From positions 55,862,001 to 55,926,000 of the forward strand of contig NC_043005.1 in NCBI RefSeq assembly GCF_006345805.1: a stretch of 64,000 nt of DNA. The letters are read 5' to 3'. The position numbers and the translations under genes are program-made. How positions within the stretch are numbered: position 1 is the first letter of the stretch; each line of letters starts with the position of its first letter. The stretch is from Octopus sinensis (lineage: Eukaryota). Positions 1 through 9,894 of this stretch are shown piece after piece. The notes beneath the pieces were generated by a model. The model saw only the letters and a program-made list of their open reading frames with translations, made no database searches and had not been told where the DNA came from.

Positions 1-352
1 ACTCTCTTTTACTCTTTTACTTGTTTCAGTCATTTGACTGCGGCCATGCTGGAGCACCGCCTTTAGTCGAGCAAATCGACCCCGGAACTTATTCTTTGTA
101 AGCCCAGTACTTATTCTATCGGTCTCTTTTGCTGAACCGCTAAGTGACGAGGACGTAAACACACCAGCATCGGTTGTCAAGCAATGCTAGGGGGACAAAC
201 ACAAACACACAAACACACACACACATACATATATATATACATATATACGACAGGCTTCTTTCAGTGTCCGTCTACCAAATCCACTCACAAGGCATCGGTC
301 GGCCCGGGGGCTACTGAAGAACCAGAAGAGCACTTACCACACAGCCACTCCT
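1..352 (-). mobile_element. tRNA-derived SINE, family A (B-box region deleted in this copy)
   Basis: Reverse complement begins AGGAGTGGCTGTGTGGTAAG (A-box-like) and ends ...CAGTCAAATGACTGAAACAAGTAAAAGAG. About 20 related copies or fragments occur in the window. Confidence 0.85.
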
Positions 353-452
353 AGTTTATTTCTCCTTTTTTGAGATCAGCGACAGTTTGTTGCTGGAAAA
401 AGCATATAGTATTTTGCAAGTGGATTGAGTTTTCATCACTAGCTGGTGATTA

Positions 453-499
453 ACACACGCTGAGGATGGGTAACCACCCAGAAACTCGAGTCCATATGT
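453..499 (+). ncRNA. Minimal type I hammerhead ribozyme motif
   Basis: ACACACG-CUGAGGA-UGGGU(AACC)ACCCA-GAA-ACUCGAGU-C-CAUAUGU. Intact core, 5-bp stem II, palindromic stem III, GUC cleavage triplet. Stem I pairs 5/7 with two C-A mismatches. Confidence 0.75.
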
Positions 500-714
500 A
501 TCATGTAAGGCTAGAGATGGGAATGATGACCTCCCCTTGCAAATACGAATCAGATACAGAATGTGTCGTTAGCCAGCTGGAAGAGATGTCTTCCTGGGGC
601 TATAAACATCAGTAGCACTGTCCTGTATGGGATGTCACACTTGGTTGGCAATTATATGCTACAATTCCGTATTGCTGCTGTTCGTATCTCACTCAGAGAT
701 TTAGTATAGATATA

Positions 715-772
715 TATTATATATGTACATATATATATATATATATATATATGCTTTTATATAATATATATG

Positions 773-859
<87 letters not shown>

Positions 860-862
860 TTT

Positions 863-912
<50 letters not shown>
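715..912. repeat. (TA)n/(TG)n microsatellite
   Basis: Direct sequence. Confidence 0.95.
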
Positions 913-916
<4 letters not shown>

Positions 917-1118
917 TTCTGTTTGCCAGCCACAACCCTGCTTGGTGTGTTTACATCCCTGTAATTTTGTGGTTCTGCAAAAGAAACAGAGAGAATAAGT
1001 ACCACGCCTTAAAAAAAAGTACTGGGGTTCTACTCATTCAACTAAAATTTCTTTAAGACAGTGCTCCAGCATGGCAACTGTCTGATGACCGAAACAAGTG
1101 AAAGACAAAGGATAAAGA
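905..1118 (+). mobile_element. SINE family A 3' half
   Basis: Matches the family A tail (GTGCTCCAGCATGGC...GAAACAAGTGAAAGA). Confidence 0.7.
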
Positions 1119-1654
1119 AAATGACTGACAGAGAGAAGAAAAATGAAAGCAAATTAAATAAAAGCTTAAGATAAACAATTTATGGAAGTTAAAATATAAT
1201 TAAGTTCAGAGCAGGTGTGATAGATTGTAACAAGAGGATTTAAATGATAGAGTGGTAAAATACAAAACAAGATTTGATTTGAGCACTTCCTGTGTTGTCA
1301 GTTAAACTCCAACAACTAGATTGTTTCGCACAAACTCATCTGTCATCACAAACTAAATAATCCACTGAAGTCACCAGAAGAATTTTGCTGTTGATGATGC
1401 TGATGCTGATGATGATGATGATGATGGTGCTGTTGTTATCATATTTTATTGTTTAGTCTCAAATCAGCTGAAGTCAGATGGTTTAATGACCAAAGCTAGG
1501 CAAACTGTCAGAATAGTTGTACCATATGAGTTGGAATTTTTCAGTTTTGGTCAGAATATGATTAACAAGCAGTTTGCCGTAAGTAAAAAAATGTGAAAGT
1601 AAATCCTCCAAACTACTGGAAGTAAGACAGACAATTATCCTTTATTACTAGTCC

Positions 1655-1800
1655 TGAATCCAGGTAAAAAAAGTCACAGGTACAAAAGTCACAAGAAAAA
1701 AAGTCATGCTAATAAAGTCACAGGAAAAAACTCACAGAGATTTTGTCCAATAGGGTTTTGTCCGAGAGGATTTTGTCCTAGGGGTGTTTTGTGCAGATCT
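1655..1800. repeat. Short tandem motif arrays (AAAAGTCACA x4-5, then GATTTTGTCC x3-4); possible subterminal repeats of a DNA transposon end
   Basis: Motifs are directly visible. The transposon interpretation is inference and no partner end was found. Confidence 0.45.
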
Positions 1801-4195
1801 CATAAATTAATTGTAACTTTATTACTGACTTTATTACCGGTCACACTAATCCCACAATGTCAGCTTTCTTCTTGGTAAGCATCTATCGCTCTTCTATAGT
1901 CTGTATTATAGATAGTGCCATCGTTTACATCAACAAAATAGATGGAATGGTCGACAACTTCATGAATATAAAAATTGTCAAGACCCACATATGAAGCCCT
2001 TCCTTTGGATATCAAACATATTCCTGGAAATATCCAATGCCTTATAATCAGCCAAAGTGTTTTGCACATACAATCAAGGACAAAGTTCTTTATGTTTGTA
2101 TCTTACGTTTTTATATCCAGGACAATTTACTCCAGTAAAGTTCATGTTAGCCTGAGATTTTTCCAGTTTATTATTTTCCATCAAACATTTCAAAACAATA
2201 GAGTGGGAGCCTTTGTTTTTATTTAATTCATAATGTTTTTAAACCTCTGCCTTAAACCTTACCTCATTGTGCCTTTAGTACAACAACCACGACTGAATTT
2301 TTTTTTTCTTTTTTGTCATTTTATTGTATTCCATATTCTGAAACATTTGTAATTCACATTTTAAAAAAATCTTAATCTCTACTGCTTCTTTCATCATACA
2401 TTTCACAATTATACATTATAATTTTGAAAAGGATAATTTTGGTCACTTAAAATGTAGAAACGATATTTTTTAACTGAAGAAGTATATAATGGAACCAAAA
2501 CAATCTTGTTTTCCCTCTCTGTCGAAGTAACAGTCTGTTGCTATACCTTGTCCTAAGTAAAACAGTTGAGAGTCGGACATAATGAGGAATTTTTACTGCA
2601 ATTTTGACTCTGGGACAATTATATTTGTTTTAAATGTTCATTATCTTGCAAAAACTAAATCAGCTTAGCAAATGGCCTTCTCTAAATGAATTAAAAACAT
2701 TTGAACATGATCTGATCCCTTCAGAAATTATCACTGTTCTTTTTGAGCCTATAAAAGACAAATTTAGACTGGGGCAAAATGAGCAAAACAAGATAAGGTA
2801 AATTTGCTGCTTCACTTCTCCAGAAAACAGATTTATACACATCAATCAATATTCATCCCTAGATATAAGAGAGATCAGAAATACAAAAATAAAAAAAAGA
2901 TTTAAATATCTAGGTCTAAATGAAAAAGGGTTAGGGAAAATGGCACATAATATGAAATTAATGATACTCAACCAAATAAAAAAACTTAACATAAAATATT
3001 CTCTATAGTTTCTTCGCAATCTTCTGGAGTGTCTCTCTTCATGATATATTTACACACCATGTAGTTAAAGAGAAGAAATTACTGGAATTAGACATTACTC
3101 ATTTTACCCCATTTTAGACATCCTATTTTGAAACATGAAAATTATCAAATTAGACATTAGTGTGGGGGGAAAAATTGACTTTGAATCCAACAATAAACAT
3201 GATATTGATTGTTAAATACCAATAATTATCCAGATATTTTCTAGTAACCTTAATTACAATTGGGTCAAAGTTTGAGGAAAAGTTTCTTGAAAAACAAGTA
3301 TCTGTCACCTGTTTTGGACTCTCTCAACTTCAACAACAACTATGCTGACCAATATTTACTCCCAAAGATGATGCAACAGTACAAAATAATTAAGCAATAC
3401 TTGCAATGTAATTATTGTAAAGAGGTAGGGAGAAAATAATGAGAAATCAGAGATTACTCATTTTACCCTGGTTACTAATTTTGTCCCCACCCCACCCCCT
3501 TTTTCTTTCTATATTTTGCTTCATGTGAAGAGATGAAAAAAATGATTGTAAGTTTAAATTTGATAGGAATTATGCCAATGTAAATCAGGTAAGTGTTAAT
3601 ATATTCCTGATCTCTTAATCTAATTTTTGCATTGTATAGAAAAAAGTTGTTTTTTTTTATAACATGACATGTACAAAAAAAAATCAGCGAAAAATAAAAA
3701 TGAAGACAAAAAATTTATTTAAATCATGGAAAGTTTGGTGAAGTGGAAGGGAGGAAGACTGGGCAGGGAGGAATTTTTAAAAAATTACAAATTTTTCAGA
3801 ATGTGAAATACAATAAAATGACAAAAGATAAAATAAAAATCATTATGGATATTTTTTAGTGGTGGTTGCTCTTCCAAAGGCATGATGGTATGAAGGTGAA
3901 GCAATGTTTGGAATAAACTGATTCGAATTTTCTTTTGCTTGCACTACAAATGCAGATTATATGTATTTCAGAATATGGAATACTATAACATAAAGAGAAA
4001 GAAAATTGGCTCAATATTTCCCACTGTCTAAAGAAAACCAAATATCAAGACTTGGTTGGTGGCGCCATTGACAAGGGACAGCACATGGCCTTAGTCCCAA
4101 TTGAAGTCAGCTGCCACAGTTTTCCAATGGGCACTATTTGTGTCTTTCTGGTGAGTAGCAGTAGAAGTAAAACGAAATTAACTCCAACCAGGAAT

Positions 4196-4415
4196 TCTTT
4201 TCTTTTCTACTTTAGGCACAAGGCCCAGAATTTTGGGGGAGGGGGCCAGTCGATTAGATCGACTCCAGTATACAACTGGTACTTAATTTATAAACCCCAA
4301 AAGGATGAAAGGCAAAGTTGACCTCGGTGGAATTTGAACTCAGAACATGAAATCAGACGAAAAACCGCTAAGCATTTCCTCCAGCCTGCTAACATTTCTG
4401 CCAGCTCACCGCCTT
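4196..4415 (-). mobile_element. tRNA-derived SINE, family B (tail type B2)
   Basis: Reverse complement AAGGCGGTGAGCTGGCAGAA...GAGTTCAAATTCC (B box). Tail ...GGGCCTTGTGCCTAAAGTAGAAAAGAA. Confidence 0.85.
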
Positions 4416-4867
4416 ACTCCAAACCAGGAATTGAAAATAAGAACTACATATTTCTTTTTGAAAACAAGGCAGACTGAAGAAATCAACAACTTCGACATTC
4501 AACCAGTAAGTAGTGCAGCCATTGAGAGGCTATGGGGTCAATTTAGGCCTGTTGGATAAGCCTGTACCAGTCAGGTGGCTTTAGCAGGGTTGGGGGCAGC
4601 AAACTGAAGTGCTGCCTTGGGTGGACACACACTCAAACTATGCCACAGCATTCACATGATGTACCACATGCTATGGGGTGCCATCAGGGCTGTTTAAGCA
4701 GCATTATAGGTCCCTGTGCAAATCTATACTTTAAGCCTGATTGTATATATTTATTAACAGTAACTACAACATACATAGATCAAAATTAGGTCCCTTGACT
4801 TGTAAGGTATCTGAGCAAATGCCCAATGTGCCAATGCCTTAAGATGGCACTAGGTGGTATGCTACAT

Positions 4868-5078
4868 CTTTTACTTGTTTTAGTCATTAGACTGTGACTA
4901 TACTGGTGTATCACCTTCAAGAGTTTTTAGTGAACTGAATGGACCCCAGTCCTTTCTGTTTTAAGCCTGGAATTTTTTCTATCAGTCTCCAATTTATGGG
5001 GACATAAACACACTAAAGTCGGTTGCCAAGTGGTGGAGCAGGGAGACAAACACAGACACAAAGAAACACATATATATA
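4868..5078 (-). mobile_element. SINE family A 3' half
   Basis: Degenerate match to the family A tail; ends in the internal (TA) tract. Confidence 0.7.
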
Positions 5079-5079
5079 T

Positions 5080-5198
5080 GCTTACGGCCATATCACGTTG
5101 AAAGCACCGGTTCTCGTCCAATCACTGAAGTTAAGCATCATCGAGCCTAGTTAGTACTTAGATGGGTGACTGCTTGGGAAACCTAGGTGCTGTAAGCA
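5080..5198 (+). pseudogene. 5S rRNA pseudogene (full length, about 119 nt)
   Basis: GCTTACGGCCATATCACGTTGAAAGCACCGGTTCTCGTCC...AGTTAAGC...AGTTAGTACTTAGATGGGTGAC...GGTGCTGTAAGC matches the animal 5S consensus as I recall it. Several differences are CG>CA/TG. No oligo-T terminator follows. Confidence 0.92.
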
Positions 5199-5201
5199 AT
5201 G

Positions 5202-5433
5202 AAGGCGGTGAGCTGGCAGAAACGTTAGCACGCCGGGCGAAATGCGTAGCCGTATTTCGTCTGCCGTTAAGTTCTGAGTTCAAATTCCGCCGAGGTCGAC
5301 TTTGCCTTTCATCCTTTCGAGGTCGATAAATAAAGTACCAGTTACGCACTGGGGTCGATGTAATCGACTTAATCCCTTTGTCTGTCCTTGTTTGTCCCCT
5401 CTATGTTTAGCCCTTTGTGGGCAGTAAAGAAAT
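5202..5433 (+). mobile_element. SINE family B (tail type B1), directly after the 5S copy
   Basis: AAGGCGGTGAGCTGGCAGAAACG...GAGTTCAAATTCCGCC...GTGGGCAGTAAAGAAATA. Confidence 0.9.
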
Positions 5434-5743
5434 ATATATATATTTAATTAGAGGATATGTTAACCTCATGAAGAGATGGTTGCATCCAAGGAAATACTAG
5501 TTCAATACCTAGTATTGTTGGGAAATGAAACTCACTTAAAACAGTTTATATCTAGTTAAAAGAAGGAAAGGAAATGGAGATAAGGAGTTTAACAACTATT
5601 TATTGCTAGCAGAGATACCTGGCGTTGCTTGGGATTAAAACGGCATAGTTTCTTACAGTTCTATATTAAAGAGATGAGGAATTTTGTACATTATTTACAT
5701 TATTTATATTAGACGGATAGTTGTCCTCATCTTGTTTGTTGTT

Positions 5744-5789
5744 AACACAACGTTTCAGCTGATATACCCTCCAGCTTTCATCAGGTGTC
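5744..5789 (-). ncRNA. Minimal type I hammerhead ribozyme in the inverted pseudo-LTR
   Basis: GACAC-CUGAUGA-A-AGCUG(GAGGGUAUAU)CAGCU-GAA-ACGU-U-GUGUU. Stem I 5 bp, stem II 5 bp, palindromic ACGU stem III. Confidence 0.85.
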
Positions 5790-5862
5790 TTGGAGAAATT
5801 TTGTACCTGGATTCTCATTCCTAAGGTATTATTATTATCATTATAATTATTATTGTTGTTCA

Positions 5863-5935
5863 GGTCACTACTTGGAATCGAACTCGGAATCTTGTGGTTA
5901 GTAGCCTGCACTCTTAACCACTATGCCATATACCC
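5863..5935 (-). promoter_or_regulatory. tRNA-like Pol III internal promoter inside the pseudo-LTR
   Basis: A-box TGGCATAGTGG and B-box GAGTTCGATTCC at tRNA-like spacing. Acceptor stem is imperfect. A mirror copy lies at 6334-6409 on the + strand. Confidence 0.7.
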
Positions 5936-5983
5936 GTGGGCAATTATGGAGTGAATTTTAGGACTTATAAATTTAATATTCCC

Positions 5984-6304
5984 ATCCCATGAAGCTGTGG
6001 TAGGTTATACAAAGGTGAAACATGCCGTCCCCTCAAAATAAGGGTAGATGAACATCGCAAAGATGTGACACAAGGAGATATTGATAAATCAGGTATAGCT
6101 GATCATGTATGGAAAAATACAGACCACCTCCCACTGCGGGATGAAGTTAGAATAATTGACAGAGAACACCACTGGAAAATACGAAAGCTGAAAGAAACAG
6201 CACATATGCTATGACACAACAACCTCCTAAGCAGACCAAGTGCAGATATGAATAGCATATGGGAACCAGTATTAAGAAAGGATAGAAAAATATTAGATTT
6301 ATAA
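5984..6304 (+). pseudogene. GIY-YIG endonuclease C-terminal remnant of a Penelope-like element
   Basis: Manual translation: IP*SCGRLYKGETCRPLKIRVDEHRKDVTQGDIDKSGIADHVWKNTDHLPLRDEVRIIDREHHWKIRKLKETAHML*HNNLLSRPSADMNSIWEPVLRKDRKILDL*. YxGET..R..EH signature, two in-frame TGA. Confidence 0.88.
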
Positions 6305-6520
6305 GCCCTAAAATTCACTCCATAATTGCCCACGGGCATATGGCATAGTGGTTAAGAGCGAGAGTGGGCTACTAACACAAGATTCTGAATTCAATTCCAA
6401 GCAGTGACCTGAACAACAACAACAATAATAATAATAATAATAATTATAATAATTATAATAATAATAATAATGAAATCAAAAAATACCTTGGGAATGAGAA
6501 CCAGGTTCAAAATTTCCCAA

Positions 6521-6558
6521 GACACCTGATGAAGGCTGGAGGGTATATCAGCCGAAAC
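6521..6558 (+). ncRNA. Truncated hammerhead motif in the 3' pseudo-LTR
   Basis: GACAC-CUGAUGA-A-GGCUG(GAGGGUAUAU)CAGCC-GAAAC. The 3' strand of stem I is missing because the element ends here. Confidence 0.7.
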
Positions 6559-6718
6559 ATATGGCAGCATTCATCAACTTTAATGAGGAGACCATCCAGA
6601 AGAGTTACAGGAAATTCTGAAGTCATCTGGTTGAAGCCAATGGCGATTTTATTGAATAAAATTACTCTTTAATATTTCAAGACATTTTTATGTAATTTTG
6701 GTAAATACATCTGTTAAA

Positions 6719-7018
6719 GGAGGCACAATGGCCCAGTGGTTAGGGCAGCGGACTCATGGTTGTAGGATCGTGGTTTTGATTCCCAGACCGGGTGTTGGGA
6801 GTGTTTATTGAGCGAAAACACCTAAAGCTCCACAAAGCTCTGGAAGCGGGGGGGGGCGATCCCTGCTGTACTCTTTCATCACAACTTTCTCTCACTCTTT
6901 CTTCTGTTGGCCAGCTTGCTTAGTGTCATTTGAAGGCTAAAATAATGCAAAGTGCATTGTGACCAGCGATGTGTAACAACATCTGATAGCCAGGTCGGTC
7001 ACAGTGATCATGGTGATA
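6719..7018 (+). mobile_element. tRNA-derived SINE, family C (tail type 1)
   Basis: GGAGGCACAATGGCCCAGTGGTTAGGG...GGTTTTGATTCCC head. Shares about 190 bp with 42111-42420. Confidence 0.8.
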
Positions 7019-7134
7019 TCTGTTAAAATGAGATGTCAGTGTTATTTTTGTGTAATTTAGACAATTTATTCACCATACTAGTGGAAAGAAGCTGTGGAAG
7101 GAGACCCAAGAAGACGTAGGATGCGGTGGCGATG

Positions 7135-7617
7135 CCTGGTCTTTGAACACTAGGCTCATGGAGGCAATGACTAGTGACCAAACCTTTGGTGATATGCTGT
7201 GCTTGAAAAGACCTGTCAAGCCAAGTGAAATCGTAGCTATAGCCATTGTTGATGTCACATAACTGGTACCCATGTCAATGGCACATAGAAAGCACCTTTA
7301 GAGTGCTGGGCCTCATGGATGCAATGACAAATGACGGAGACCTTTGGCAATATGTTGTGCTTCAGAAGAAGAACCATCAAGCCAAGTAAAATCATAGTCA
7401 TGGCAGATTCTGGTATGATACAAATGGCACATGTGCCAGTGACATATAAAAGCACCCATTACATTCTCGGAGTGGTTAGCATTAGGAAGGGTATCCAGCC
7501 ATAGAAACCATGCCAAATCAGACTGGAGTCTGGTGCAGCACCTCAGCTTAACAGCCCTGGTCAAACCATCCGACCCATGTCAGCAAGGACAATGGGCACT
7601 AAATGATGATGATGATG
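7135..7617 (+). mobile_element. RTE-type LINE 3' end (ORF end, 3' UTR, (GAT)n tail)
   Basis: Two degenerate copies of the ORF terminus (AMTSD..LW.YAVL.K), then TGGCAC..AAAAGCAC units, ..TTAGGAAGGG.ATCCAGC.. and a GATGATGAT tail. Confidence 0.75.
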
Positions 7618-8382
7618 TATAAGTATGTGTGTGTGTGTGTTTGTGTGTCATTCTCCTGACGTGACATGATGACTGTAAATGAGAATCACTATCACGCAAG
7701 CGATGTCATTCATTTCCAGTCTTCTACAGAAAACATGTTTGGCCATGTGAAATATTATTGTCTTGCTTGGGAAGAGGTGAGAGTAGGTAACTGGTAGAAC
7801 AAGTGACTGTAGAAATTCTGCCTCAACTAAATTCATCTGATCCATTCAAGCATGAGAAGGTGAACACTAAATGATGATGACGATGACAACAATACATGTA
7901 TGGACACAGAAATTCAGATTGCTCAGTGCACCAGTAACATTGGGCCTTACTGATTGTATAAGGTTAACCCTACATCTGGATCATTAGCAACCCTACATCT
8001 TGATCATTAACAGGTATAAAAATGGCTAAATTATAGCTTCAGATAACCCAGGGAAGCTATTTTTCACTCACATAATATATTGTATTATTCAATGTCTGTT
8101 TTCCAAAATACATTTATGCCAGATTAAAAAAAGTATTATTAATCTGTTAATACAAACTTCCGAGCTGATCACAAGACATACAGTTTACATCTGAACTACA
8201 ATGTTCAGTGTTCAATAAATGCTAATTACTATAACATAGTAATTGCTTACATTAGCTACAGAGTCACTAATATGTAAGAGGTGTAGACTTAATTGAATTA
8301 ATCCTTAGATAAGCCTGATATTTATTTTATCAACATCACACCGGCATAGAACAAAAGAAAGCTTGACAAGATTTCAACATAA

Positions 8383-8600
8383 CCCCTTAGCATTCAAATT
8401 ACTCTATCAAATGTAATTTTTGTTTTATTCACGTAGCTTTTAATTAATCATGCATTATCCTTGTTGCTTTGAGATTTTGATGATGTGATTGTATATATAT
8501 TTTAAAATGACATTGTAGGGTTGGTGTGATAAGCTGGATCTGGTTAATTTCAACATAAGACAAATTTGGGTTGGATATGGCTGGTTTAAATGTTAAAAGG
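8383..8600 (+). mobile_element. piggyBac-like MITE (family F)
   Basis: (T)AA|CCCCTTAGCATT...AATGTTAAAAGG|TTAA. Related copies at 49720-50152, 52846-53035 and about 58150-58230. Confidence 0.7.
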
Positions 8601-9079
8601 TTAAAACAAAAAGAAACGGAACTGAAAACTGTTGGGCACTGATCCACTTTTCTGTCTGCCATTCCAACTTCCTAACATTCCATTCTTAACAAGTCACCAT
8701 GCATGTGTGTGTGCACAGATATATCCAGTATATGTAACAGAGACGGTATTTAATTAAAATATTCATTTGTATAGCATACTTATTGTATACACATTATCGA
8801 TAGTCCCACCTACTGCAGAATTTGTCCAGAAATAGCATCTCTTATGGACTTATTGTGTTAAAAACACAATCAATATCAGAGAGAGAGGAAAATTTGTTTC
8901 AGCAGTGACCAGTGAGAGCACCAGCTGCATTTCAGCTTTTGTGGACCTTTTCTTACACATAAAAACACCATTCATTCCTACACACACACAAACATACACA
9001 TAAACACATCACATACACACTCTACAAATACATGTGTGTATGCATATGTATATACATAACTCATGCATACATACATACA

Positions 9080-9113
<34 letters not shown>

Positions 9114-9164
9114 CATACATACATATATACATACATACATACATATGCATACACACACATACAT

Positions 9165-9490
9165 ACATTTAACTGGCACTCCTTTGGCTATGACGACCAC
9201 AGTTCTAGTTGATCCAAGCAACAGAACAGCCTACTCAAAAATCAATGTGCAAGTGGCTGAGTACTCCACAAACACATATACGCTTAACGTAGTTCTCAGA
9301 ACATTCAGTGTGACCCAGAATGTGACAGGGTGGGTCATTTGAAATACTGCTACTATATATTTTTTGCCAGCTGAGTGGACAGGAGCAATGTGAAATAAAG
9401 TGTCTTGCTCAAGGACACGATACACCTCCGGGTATTGAACTTACAACCTAATGACTGTGAGGTGAATACCCTGATCAATTAGCCACATAC
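9165..9490 (-). mobile_element. tRNA-derived SINE, family H (GTGTCCTTGAGCAAGACACTT...CCACTCAGCTG central domain)
   Basis: Head with A/B-box-like motifs at the right end. Related copies at 26160-26345 and 33065-33312. Confidence 0.65.
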
Positions 9491-9894
9491 TCTTACTCTT
9501 TTACTTGTTTCAGTCAGTTGACTGTGGCCATGCTGGAGCACCGCCTTTAGTCGAACAAATCGACCCCAGGACTTATTCTTTGTGAGCCTAGTACTTATTC
9601 TATCAGTCTCTTTTGCCAAACCGCTAAGTTACGGGGATGTAAACAACCAGCATTGGTTGTCAAGCAATGTTGGTGGGACAAGCACAGACATACAAACATA
9701 TATACACACACACATATATATATATATACATATATACGATGGGCTTCTTTCAGTTTCCGTCAACCAAATACACTCACAAGGCTTTGGTCAGCCCGAGGCT
9801 ATAGTAGAAGACACTTGCCCAAGGTGCTACACAGTGGGACTGAACCTGGAACCATATGGTTGGTATGCAAGCTACTTACCACACAGCCACTCCT
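9489..9894 (-). mobile_element. SINE family A, near full length
   Basis: Head GGAGTGGCTGTGTGGTAAG...GGTTCAGTCCC, internal CA/TA tract and family A tail. Confidence 0.9.

Larger units (their letters stand above)
5640..6560 (+). mobile_element. 5'-truncated Penelope-like element: inverted pseudo-LTR, GIY-YIG remnant, 3' pseudo-LTR
   Basis: About 5752-5980 is the reverse complement of about 6289-6558. The endonuclease remnant lies between the arms, and each arm carries an HHR motif. This is the known Penelope architecture. Confidence 0.85.

Noticed and set aside
1078-1100. CTGATGACCGAAAC resembling an HHR core
   Set aside because: No room for stem II. It is a mutated SINE-A tail (CAAATGACTGAAAC).
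1860-2226. Host gene exon from ORFs 1860-2069 and 1975-2226
   Set aside because: No recognisable domain, stops in adjoining frames, and no clear splice context.
5080-5198. Functional 5S rRNA gene
   Set aside because: Isolated copy, CpG-type substitutions in paired regions, and no oligo-T terminator.
5594-5625. Helitron-like terminus (CTAGCAGAGATACCTGGCGTTGC; similar at about 47065)
   Set aside because: Only about 25 bp of resemblance and no partner end or hairpin identified.
5863-5935. Genuine tRNA gene (also the SINE heads)
   Set aside because: Acceptor and T stems do not pair properly and the sequence is embedded in repeats, so it is treated as a tRNA-derived promoter only.
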